Of a stretch of 47,228 nt of DNA, positions 29,601 through 36,963 are shown piece after piece (positions within the stretch are counted from its first letter, which is position 1; each line of letters opens with the position of its first letter). Under the pieces are notes generated by a model, which saw only the letters and a program-made list of their open reading frames with translations, did not search any database and was not told the origin of the DNA. The stretch lies in NCBI GenBank assembly GCA_038213805.1, contig JBBQSO010000040.1:1-47228 (forward strand), given 5' to 3'. A program made the position numbers and the translations under genes. The stretch comes from Planctomycetota bacterium. Its GTDB lineage: Bacteria; Planctomycetota; UBA11346.

Positions 29601-29791
29601 TGACAGCCGAAGCAGTTCTCAGCCAGGATCGGCCGCACGTCGCGGTTGTAGCCGACCTTCAGGGTCGCTGCCGCATCGCCTGCGACGGGCGCATCGTGGC
29701 CAGGCCGGCCATCCGCCGCGACAAGCGGCAGGAGCGCGCCCATGAACACGGCGGCGAGGGTGCTAAAGATGGCGGCGCGGGAACTGGACAT
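26657..29791 (-). CDS. PSD1 and planctomycete cytochrome c domain protein (PSCyt1 + DUF1549 + DUF1553)
   Basis: YNRDVRPILAENCFGCH, YGERMAEFWLDLVRYADS, CAECHDHKFDP, NPLTARVFVNRVW, NTPQQALALL, LNLHETITRN. Start set at MSSSRAAIF. Confidence 0.95.
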   Translation of the reverse strand: MSSSRAAIFSTLAAVFMGALLPLVAADGRPGHDAPVAGDAAATLKVGYNRDVRPILAENCFGCHSADKAKRKGGLGLTNSDDARAAIKDSDHHAIVSGDLAKSQLAVRIATADQDDLMPPPESGKKLTAQQIAMLRAWVAQGGAYEQHWSYAPILPPAAPAVAPTQAPKDWALGDIDRFVLARLAREGLAPAPEADRPTLIRRLSLDLTGLPPTLAEVDAFTADRGADAYEQVVDRLLASPRYGERMAEFWLDLVRYADSIGYHSDNARNVAPFRDYVITAFNADMPFDRFTVEQLAGDLLPAPTTAQRVASAYNRLLMTTEEGGAQAKEYEAKNLGDRVRNVAGAWLGATLGCAECHDHKFDPFSARDFYAMGAFFADIKEDAIGRRADELVVLDDARRARLDQLEAALVPLQKRRESDTPELQVAQRAWEAVAGAGAAWSPLGTQMASAANGSLLTAQPDGSLLVAKPADHETITIRGSTALTHLTGLRLEALTDPSLPQSGPGSAENGNFVLSTVTVAFVEDGGKGATHAIALTGAAADHEQGDWPIAAVLAAKPGGGWAILPQAGKPHTALFACAPVAVPPGAEVVVTLVFASPHARHMLGRPRVTLTGDAEPLRDLATPAEVRKALAEAPEKRSPEQRQRLAAYYRTIAPALDAVRAQAAPLQQERKELEDAGTRCLITVSATPRTVRVLPRGNWQDDSGAVVEPAVPHFLRQIAAPSAGQRATRLDLAHWLVAADNPLTARVFVNRVWRMLFGTGLSRSVDDLGVQGEWPVHPELLDHLAARFRAGWDVKALVRGIVTSRVYRLAATPPADQRARLAERDPFGRLLSHQGTFRLDAEFVRDNALAISGLLVEQVGGPSVKPYQPAGYWAHLNFPEREWQADKGQDGHRRGLYTWWQRTFLQPSLLAFDAPSREECTGERTRANTPQQALALLDDPTYVEAARAFAVRILGEGGVDEPARVAWAWRRALARPPTAAELAVVTAILARHRATYAADPAAAAALAEVGDYRAPATIPAAELAAWTSVARTILNLHETITRN

Positions 29792-29945
29792 GCAGGCTCG
29801 CTGGTTGCGGCTAGGATCCCGCCGACAGGCGGCGCGTTTCAACGGATCCTCGCAGGCCCCGGTAGGAAGGGGATCCTCCAACGTCCTCCACAGCCAGGGC
29901 GCGTGAAACGCCCGACCATCCGGCGGCAACTCGTCCCATGAAGCC

Positions 29946-31418
29946 ATGACCCCGCCACCCTCCGGCCTCGCTGCCGCCCTGGCCCGCCTGGCCCGGAGCC
30001 GGGACCCCCACGCCTGGGAGGTGGTGGTGGACCAGGCCGGCGGCGCCATCGAGCGTCTCGCGCGGCGGGTGACGGGCGATCCCGCTCTGGCCGCTGATGC
30101 CCTGCAGGAGACGCTGTTGCAGATCCGCGACCACGCCGACCGTGCCCCGCCCGGGCACGAGCCCGACGCCGATCAGCGCGCCCTGCGCTGGACGATGCGC
30201 GTCACCACCAACGTCTGTCTGCAACTGCTGCGCCGTCAGCACCGCGCCCGTGCACGCGACCAGCGCGCCGGCGCCCTGCTACCGCAAGCCATCGATGGCG
30301 ATCAGGCCGCGGCCCTGGCAAGCACGGAGGAGGTGGCGCTGCTGCGCCGCGAACTCGCCGATCTGCCCGAAGGTATGCGTTACGCGATCGTCTCACGCCA
30401 CCTCACCGGTCTGCCCTTCGCCGACATCGCCGTCGACCTCGGCATCCCCGAGGCGACCGCGCGTGTCCACGTCCACCGCGGCCTGCTGCGCCTGCGCGAC
30501 CGTCTGGCGCGCCTGGGGGTGGTGTGCAGCGTCGCGGTGCTGACCGCGACTTTCGCCCAGCTCTCCGCCGCTGAGCCGGCGCTGGCCGCCGTCGCCAGCC
30601 TTCCACCCGCCGCCGCCACGGCGCTGCTGACCAGCACCAAGGGCAGCAGCGTCGCCACCTATTCCGCCTGGAGCCTCGCCATGCCCCTCAAGCTCGCCCT
30701 GGTCGGCGCCCTCGCCATCGCGGCCGCCGCCTCGCCCCTGGTCTTCGCCGCGCAACCGGCGGCGACCGCTCCGGCGACCAGCTCCGAACTGCACACCGAC
30801 CTGCTGATCTTCCCGCAGCCCACCAAGGGCCTGCCGGCGCGCGGTGAGCGTGGCCCGGGGACGCGCATCGTGCTGTGGCCGCAGGTCAGCGCCGGCGACG
30901 CGGACTACGCCATCGGCATCGCCCACCTGACCATGTGGCAGTCGCTGCCGATCGCGAACGCCGCGCACTCCTTCCGCTTCATCGCCGGCGACAGCGAGGT
31001 GCTGCGCATCCAGGGCGACGGCACCGTCGGCATCGGCGGCGCCACGCCCGCCCGCGGTGCGGCCCTGGCCATAAAGGACGGCCACCTGCAGGTCCAGCAG
31101 GCCGTCGAGCCGCTGGTCGCCTCTGGCAGCGCCGCCGGCCAGGGTGCCCGCGCCGTTCTTACCAACGCCACCGACAGCGCCGGACGCCTCGAGATCACGC
31201 TCGGCACCGCACCCGTCGCCGGCGCCCTGGCGCGCGTGGTCTTCGCTAAACCATACGCCACCGCGCCGATTGTGAGCCTGACCCCCGGCAACGCCGTCGC
31301 GGCGAAGGCGGCGTGCTTCGTCACCGCAACCACCACCGCCTTCGAGGTCGCCGGCGCCGACGCCGGTGCCGATGGGGCGATCTACACGTTCATGTATCAG
31401 GTGATCGAGACGCAGTGA
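29946..31418 (+). CDS. ECF-type RNA polymerase sigma factor with TM segment and extracytoplasmic C-terminal extension
   Basis: Sigma2 (LAADALQETLLQI) and sigma4 (LADLPEGMRYAIVSRHLTGLPFADIAVDLGIPEATARVHVHRGL), then hydrophobic MPLKLALVGALAIAAAASPLVFA and a ~200-aa beta-rich C-terminus. Confidence 0.88.
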   Translation: MTPPPSGLAAALARLARSRDPHAWEVVVDQAGGAIERLARRVTGDPALAADALQETLLQIRDHADRAPPGHEPDADQRALRWTMRVTTNVCLQLLRRQHRARARDQRAGALLPQAIDGDQAAALASTEEVALLRRELADLPEGMRYAIVSRHLTGLPFADIAVDLGIPEATARVHVHRGLLRLRDRLARLGVVCSVAVLTATFAQLSAAEPALAAVASLPPAAATALLTSTKGSSVATYSAWSLAMPLKLALVGALAIAAAASPLVFAAQPAATAPATSSELHTDLLIFPQPTKGLPARGERGPGTRIVLWPQVSAGDADYAIGIAHLTMWQSLPIANAAHSFRFIAGDSEVLRIQGDGTVGIGGATPARGAALAIKDGHLQVQQAVEPLVASGSAAGQGARAVLTNATDSAGRLEITLGTAPVAGALARVVFAKPYATAPIVSLTPGNAVAAKAACFVTATTTAFEVAGADAGADGAIYTFMYQVIETQ

Positions 31419-31587
31419 TTCGGGCGAACGCACCGGCGCGCGGGATGATCACCATGATACTCCGGAGGATCCGCGAGGTGCTCCGGTTGCGCCGCGCGCT
31501 GGAGGCATCTGCTTCGCCGCCGTTGGCGCGGAATTCCATGGTCATTGCCCGGCGCTCTGGCGCCACGAACCGGCACGCGGGCCGGTC

Positions 31588-32538
31588 TCAGCGCTCTGGC
31601 AGATCCCACTCCTGCCCCTCGGTCGCCGCCGATAATTTCCACTTCGCCCCCGGCGCCACCAGTTCGGTATAGCGCCGCGCATCATTGCACAGCCGGGTCA
31701 CCGCGGGATCGCTGGCCATCGGGTCGTGGTGGAAGATCACCAGCTCGCCGATGTCGGCCTCGCGGAAGAAATCGATGAAGTTGAAGATCGTCGAGTGCCC
31801 GAAGTTGATGTGGTCGTGGTAGTCGAGGAAGCCGTACATGGCGTCGACAATGACCACGTCCGCACCCTCGACGAAGGCCGCATAGGCCTCGGCGACACGG
31901 TTGGGATTCTTCGAGACCTCGGTGTCGGTCAGGTAGCAGACCGTGCGCCCGCCGCGCGTGATGCGGTAGCCGAAGGCCTTGTCCGGGTGGATCAGCGGCA
32001 GGATGCGGACCTCGGCCCCGGCGACGATGGTGGGGGCGTCCTCGGGCAGTTGGTGGCAGGTGATGGTGCTGGCGAGCTGCTGCCACTTCACCGGGAAGTG
32101 CGCGCCCGACATCTGCGCCGCGAGCAGCTCGCACGCGTCACTACGCCCCGACCACACGTCGACCTGGCGCTTGGGCGCGTAGATCGGCCCGAAGTAGGGG
32201 AAGCCGCAGATGTGGTCCCAGTGGAAATGGCTGAAGAAGAAATGCAGGGCGTGGCGCTGGTCGCGGCCATCGGCCTTCAACTTCAGGCCCAGGCCCCGCA
32301 GGCCGGTGCCGGCATCCAGGATGAACGTGCTGTCGGCGAACTCGACCTCAACGCAGCTGGTGTTGCCGCCGTAGGTCCAGCTATGGGGACTGCGATCCAG
32401 GTACGCGTCGATCGCGGCCGGGTTGGCGAGATCCGCAGGCGTGGCTTCAGCGAGCAAGGCGCGGGCCTTGTCACGGAGCAGCGACGACGTGAGGGGCGTG
32501 GCGACCGAACCGCGCACTCCCCAGAGGCGCACTCGCAT
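31588..32538 (-). CDS. MBL-fold metallo-hydrolase
   Basis: MRVRLWGVRGS, YGGNTSCVEV, LDAGTG, SHFHWDH (HxHxDH), YLTDTE, FGHST, FHHDP. Confidence 0.92.
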   Translation of the reverse strand: MRVRLWGVRGSVATPLTSSLLRDKARALLAEATPADLANPAAIDAYLDRSPHSWTYGGNTSCVEVEFADSTFILDAGTGLRGLGLKLKADGRDQRHALHFFFSHFHWDHICGFPYFGPIYAPKRQVDVWSGRSDACELLAAQMSGAHFPVKWQQLASTITCHQLPEDAPTIVAGAEVRILPLIHPDKAFGYRITRGGRTVCYLTDTEVSKNPNRVAEAYAAFVEGADVVIVDAMYGFLDYHDHINFGHSTIFNFIDFFREADIGELVIFHHDPMASDPAVTRLCNDARRYTELVAPGAKWKLSAATEGQEWDLPER

Positions 32539-32714
32539 GCGATATGTCTCCCGGGATGGTTCCCAAGGGTACTCGGGGAATTCCGATTGCACAAGTTCGC
32601 GAACCCCGTGAACAGGGTAAACTGGTGCAACTGCACCACCTTGTGCCGCACACCCGGAGCGGCCGCCCGGCCCGCCCTGGCTGGATTCCGCCCCGTCACC
32701 GACTAGGAATGGGC

Positions 32715-34469
32715 ATGCCGACCACCATCGAGGTCTCCAGCCGTACCATCCGCCTGTGCCGCGAGGACAATCGCCGCATCGTCGCGCTGGAATCCATCCC
32801 GGTGCCCGAGGGCGCCGACCCCCTCGAGGTCCTGGCCACCGCCCCCCTGCCCGGCCCGCTCGGCCGGGTGCGGCTGATCCTGCACCATGGCGACATGCTG
32901 CTGCGCTCGACCCTGCAGCCGCCCTGCCCGCCGGAACGCCTGGCCCGCATCATGCGCTTCGAACTCGCCAGCGCCGGCGAGGGCGAACCGGTGGTGTCGA
33001 GCTGGCACTTGATCAAAACCCTGGGCGGCGACGACATGCGCCTGCTCACGCTGGTGACCAAGCGCCGCCTGATCGCCCAGATCAAGTTGGCGCTCAAGGC
33101 GCACGGCGGGCGCCTTGATTCCCTGGTCCACCCGACCATCGCGCTGTATCAGTCCTACCGCTCGATGGCCCTGACCGAGCCGGCACCGGCGGTACTGCTT
33201 GACGTCGGCGGCGCGCACGTGCACCTCAGCCTGGTCCAGGACGGCGAGCTGATCTTCACCCGCACCCAGGGTCCGGGCATGGATGAGCTGGTGAAGCACA
33301 TTGCCGAGTTGCGCAGCCTGGCGATGCCCGATGCGGCGGCGCTGGTCGCCAAACTCGGCAAGGGCGCGCCTGCCGATCTGCACGAGGCGATCAAGCGCCA
33401 GGTCGGGCAGGTCGCCGGCATCATCAGCGCCAATCTGCGCTTCGCCAAGGCGCAGCTGCGCATCGACCAGTTTGAGCCCAAGGTCATCTGGCTCGCCGGC
33501 GCGGGCGGGCAGGTCTACGGCTTCTCGGAGCAGCTGGCGAGCCGTACCGGGTTGATCGTGCGTCCGATCAACCCCTTCGCGGGCGCGCTCACCTCGCTCT
33601 CCAGCGAGCGCCTCGACCGCCTCGCCATCCTGCCCAGCGCCTACGGCGTGGTGCTGGGCGCGAGCCGCGCCAAGGCCGTCGAGCTGGACGCGCTGGACGA
33701 GGAGAAGGAGGAGCGCCGCGAGTTCTGGCGCACCGACGGCGTGCTGCGCGCCGCCGCCGTGCTGGTCGCCACCCTGCTCATCCTCGCCTTCGTCCGCCAG
33801 CAGGTCGCCACCGGCACCGCCAACACCGCCATCGCCAAGCTCGACGGCGAAGGCCAGGGTCTGGTGCCCAAAGCCCAGGCGGCGCGCAAAGAACTCGACC
33901 AGATCGGTGACGCCAAGACCCTGACCGCGGCACGCCTGGTGTGGCTGGACGGCGAGCGCCGCCCCGGCCGCGTCGCCGCTGAGCTGCTCTCGGCGATCGC
34001 TGACGCGCAGGACCCCGTGAAGGTCCCGGTAGTGGTGCAGAACTACCGCGTCGATCGCCGCCCCGGCCAGGTCCAGGTCGAGATCGAGGGCTTCGCCCAG
34101 GCGATCGGCGCGCGCTCGAGCGACAGCGTGCTGCACGCCTTCGAGCAGAGCCTGATCAAGCGCTACGGCCCGATCACCGCTATCAAGCAGGTACCCAAGC
34201 CGATCGACGGGGTGCGCCAGAATTTCCACTACCAGCTCGCCATCAACGACCTGCCCGCCGAGGTCGGCAAGCCGGTGGCCGCCACCGTCGACGGCAAGCA
34301 GGTCCTCAAGCTGGCCATCACCGTGCCGGCGGGCATCGACTTCGACGGCGCCGCCCGCGTCGCCGCGCTGCGCGCGCATCAGGCCGAGAGCAGCGCCGTG
34401 GTCAAGGTCACCTCAAGCGATCCCGCGGACAAGTCCAGCCGCGACGTCACCATCCTGTTCAAGGACTGA
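32715..34469 (+). CDS. Type IV pilus/T2SS assembly protein, PilM-like actin-fold domain fused to a TM and PilN-like domain
   Basis: LLDVGGAHVHLSLV...LIFTR and IWLAGAGG...LASRTGLIVRPINPF are PilM-like. A TM helix (VLRAAAVLVATLLILAFV), a coiled segment and VEIEGFA are PilN/GspL-like. SD-like AGGA before ATG 32715. Confidence 0.75.
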   Translation: MPTTIEVSSRTIRLCREDNRRIVALESIPVPEGADPLEVLATAPLPGPLGRVRLILHHGDMLLRSTLQPPCPPERLARIMRFELASAGEGEPVVSSWHLIKTLGGDDMRLLTLVTKRRLIAQIKLALKAHGGRLDSLVHPTIALYQSYRSMALTEPAPAVLLDVGGAHVHLSLVQDGELIFTRTQGPGMDELVKHIAELRSLAMPDAAALVAKLGKGAPADLHEAIKRQVGQVAGIISANLRFAKAQLRIDQFEPKVIWLAGAGGQVYGFSEQLASRTGLIVRPINPFAGALTSLSSERLDRLAILPSAYGVVLGASRAKAVELDALDEEKEERREFWRTDGVLRAAAVLVATLLILAFVRQQVATGTANTAIAKLDGEGQGLVPKAQAARKELDQIGDAKTLTAARLVWLDGERRPGRVAAELLSAIADAQDPVKVPVVVQNYRVDRRPGQVQVEIEGFAQAIGARSSDSVLHAFEQSLIKRYGPITAIKQVPKPIDGVRQNFHYQLAINDLPAEVGKPVAATVDGKQVLKLAITVPAGIDFDGAARVAALRAHQAESSAVVKVTSSDPADKSSRDVTILFKD

Positions 34470-34491
34470 AGGCCGCCCCGCCGGCCGCGCC

Positions 34492-35721
34492 ATGGCCATC
34501 GCCGACGTCGACGCCGCCTCCGCCCTGGTCCAGCGCGAACTCGCCCGCACCCTGCCCGCCGAGCTCGCCGAGGTGCTGCTGCCGGTGCTGCGCTGGCGCG
34601 GCGCCGGCGGCCACCTGATCGCGGTGCTGCCCAACCCGACCTGGCGCGAGGTCTTCCGCGAGCACGCCGCCGACGCCACGCGCCGCCTGCTCAAGGCGCG
34701 CGGTCTGGGCCTGAACATCGTCTGCCGACTCGACGTCGCCGGCGCCGCCAACACCGGCGAGCGCACCTTCCAGGCCTTCCTGACCGACCCCGGCAACCAG
34801 CTTGCCCTGACTGCGGGCCGGCGCGCCGTCGAAGCTCCCGGGCTGGAGCACAACCCGCTCTACCTGCACGGCCCGCCCGGCTGCGGCAAGAGCCACCTGC
34901 TGGCCGCGATCGCCGCGGAGTACCGCGGCATGCTCGACGAGCACGCGGTGGTCGAGTTCAACGGCCCGGACTTCGTCGCGCGCGAGGCCCTGCGCCTGGC
35001 CGAGCGCAGCCAGTCGCCGCTGCGTACGCGCATCGAGCGCGCCGCGCTGGTGGCGTTCGACCAGGTCGAGGCCCTCGCCCACCGCCAGGTGGCGCAGGAA
35101 GAGCTCTTCCACCTCATCAACAGCTGCCTCGAGCGCGGCCAGCAGCTGGTCTTCGCCGGCAGCGCCGCGCCGCGCAAACTCGCCGGCCTCGAGGACCGCC
35201 TGGTCTCGCGTCTCTCGTGGGGCCTGGCGGTGGGCATCGAGCCCTCGCACACCGAAACCCGCATCGCGCTGCTGCGCCGCCTCGCCCCCGCCGCCGCGCA
35301 GCAGATCGACGCCGCCGATCTGGTGCGCATGATCGACACCTTCGCCCCCGACATGCACCAGGTCGGCCGCCTCGCCGAGCGTCTGCTTGCCGGCGAGCGC
35401 CCCGGCGCCAGCGCCGAGCTGGCGAGCTTCGACCGCATCGTGCAGGCCGTGGCGGACCGCTACAACCTGCGGCCGGGTGATATCTCGGGCAAGCGCCGGC
35501 ATCGCGAGGTGGCGAACGCGCGGCAATTGGCGCTGTTGCTCGGTCGGCGCCTGACCAGCCACAGCCTGGATGGGCTCGGCGGCATGATGGGCGGGCGCGA
35601 CCACTCCACCGTGCTCTATTCGATCCGTCAGGCGGAGGAGCGCGTCAAAAACGACCCCCTCGTCGCGCGGGCGGTGGCGGAGTTGACGCAGGAGATCCTG
35701 GGGCGCAGCACGGAAGGGTGA
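34492..35721 (+). CDS. dnaA: DnaA-family protein (divergent chromosomal replication initiator paralogue)
   Basis: TFQAFLTDPGNQLA, NPLYLHGPPGCGKSHLL (Walker A), QEELFHLIN, EDRLVSRLSWGL, and domain IV KRRHREVANARQ...GGRDHSTVLYS. Confidence 0.85.
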   Translation: MAIADVDAASALVQRELARTLPAELAEVLLPVLRWRGAGGHLIAVLPNPTWREVFREHAADATRRLLKARGLGLNIVCRLDVAGAANTGERTFQAFLTDPGNQLALTAGRRAVEAPGLEHNPLYLHGPPGCGKSHLLAAIAAEYRGMLDEHAVVEFNGPDFVAREALRLAERSQSPLRTRIERAALVAFDQVEALAHRQVAQEELFHLINSCLERGQQLVFAGSAAPRKLAGLEDRLVSRLSWGLAVGIEPSHTETRIALLRRLAPAAAQQIDAADLVRMIDTFAPDMHQVGRLAERLLAGERPGASAELASFDRIVQAVADRYNLRPGDISGKRRHREVANARQLALLLGRRLTSHSLDGLGGMMGGRDHSTVLYSIRQAEERVKNDPLVARAVAELTQEILGRSTEG

Positions 35722-35757
35722 TGGCGCGCGGTCAGGCCACTGGCGGCAACGCAGTGA

Positions 35758-36726
35758 TCAGAACTCGGCGCGCAGGTTCAGACCCGCCAATGGCGCGGGG
35801 CGGGTGATCAGCGACCAGCGTTCGTCACCGCCCTCGTCGCGCACGGCTAGGCGCCGCACGAGCTGCGCACCGACGAACGGCGTGATCTCCCAATGCCCGC
35901 GCCCATCCGGCATCCAGGTGGCCTGCAGCGCAGCCGCGACGTGTTCGTCCGCGAGGACGCGATCACCGCCGAGCGCCGCTTCGCGGAAGCGCACGTCCAG
36001 CCGCACGCCCAGATCCAGGTGCTCGCTCAGCGCATAGCGCAGGTGGCTGAGGTTGTCGACGTCGTCGACCACCGTGAGCCGCCAGACGTCGTGGAAATGC
36101 CAGTAGATGGACGGGAAAGGGAAGATGGTGGGCCGTTCACCGATGCGGCTGCTGACATTGACCAGCAGGGCGATGATCAGGTCATCGTCCCGGTAGTAGA
36201 GCGGACCACCCTGGACCTGCCATTGCCGACCGCGGCTTGCGGCTGCTTCGCCGTCCGTGCCGGTGCCGAGCGAGCCCTGGAGCGTCAGGCCCCAGTGCGG
36301 GTGGAGCATCAGCGCCACCGGTACCCGCACCCACGCCTGATGTACCTCACTCGGCAGGGCGGGGTCGCGCTGCAGATCATCGCTGCGATACCCATCGCGG
36401 CTGAGACCGACGCCGAGTCCGAGACGCAGTGCGGGGTGGGGACGGTAGAACACCCGGCCCTCGAACAACGACCAGTCGGCGGCCAAGGAGCCGACACCAT
36501 CACGCGGTCGTTCGGCGAACGAAGAGCCGCCATCGGCCGCGGCTGCGACGGTGATGCGCGGCGGGTCCTCAGCGCTGAAAGCGGTGGCCGGCCATCCCAT
36601 CGCCAGCACTGCAGTCGTCAGGAGCAGCGCGACGCTGCGTCTCGCCGATACAAGACCACGCGGACCCGGTTGGGCTGGGGATGCGCTGATTCCATCGGTC
36701 ATGACGAGACACCGAGCGTCATTCAT
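35758..36726 (-). CDS. Probable outer-membrane beta-barrel protein (DUF6268-like)
   Basis: Signal-like hydrophobic stretch, alternating amphipathic strands, IFPFPSIYW motif, terminal Phe (GLNLRAEF). Start uncertain (36726 or 36702). Confidence 0.65.
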   Translation of the reverse strand: MNDARCLVMTDGISASPAQPGPRGLVSARRSVALLLTTAVLAMGWPATAFSAEDPPRITVAAAADGGSSFAERPRDGVGSLAADWSLFEGRVFYRPHPALRLGLGVGLSRDGYRSDDLQRDPALPSEVHQAWVRVPVALMLHPHWGLTLQGSLGTGTDGEAAASRGRQWQVQGGPLYYRDDDLIIALLVNVSSRIGERPTIFPFPSIYWHFHDVWRLTVVDDVDNLSHLRYALSEHLDLGVRLDVRFREAALGGDRVLADEHVAAALQATWMPDGRGHWEITPFVGAQLVRRLAVRDEGGDERWSLITRPAPLAGLNLRAEF

Positions 36727-36963
36727 GCCATCCTGACGAGGGGGTGCGATTGGTAGGGATCTACGGCACATCACTGGGCAACGCGTACGAAAACTACCCT
36801 TGGCGATCCGTTGAGAGTCGCAATTCCCGTCCCATGAGACCTGCGCTGCGCACTGCGAAATGCGCTGCGGCCACTGAGAATTGCAATCCGTCCTGGAGGC
36901 GAGCCGCAATCGCCAACGGAAGCGGGGCAACCGCTGCCTGGCCCTCCGCCCATCCAAACCCGC

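Noticed and set aside
32630..32650. Sigma-54 promoter (GGCAC...TGC on the minus strand)
   Set aside because: The GG-to-GC spacing is one base off the required GG-N10-GC.
34469..35760. Replication origin next to dnaA
   Set aside because: The flanking spacers are only 22 and 36 bp, GC-rich, without DnaA boxes or a DUE, and dnaN is absent.
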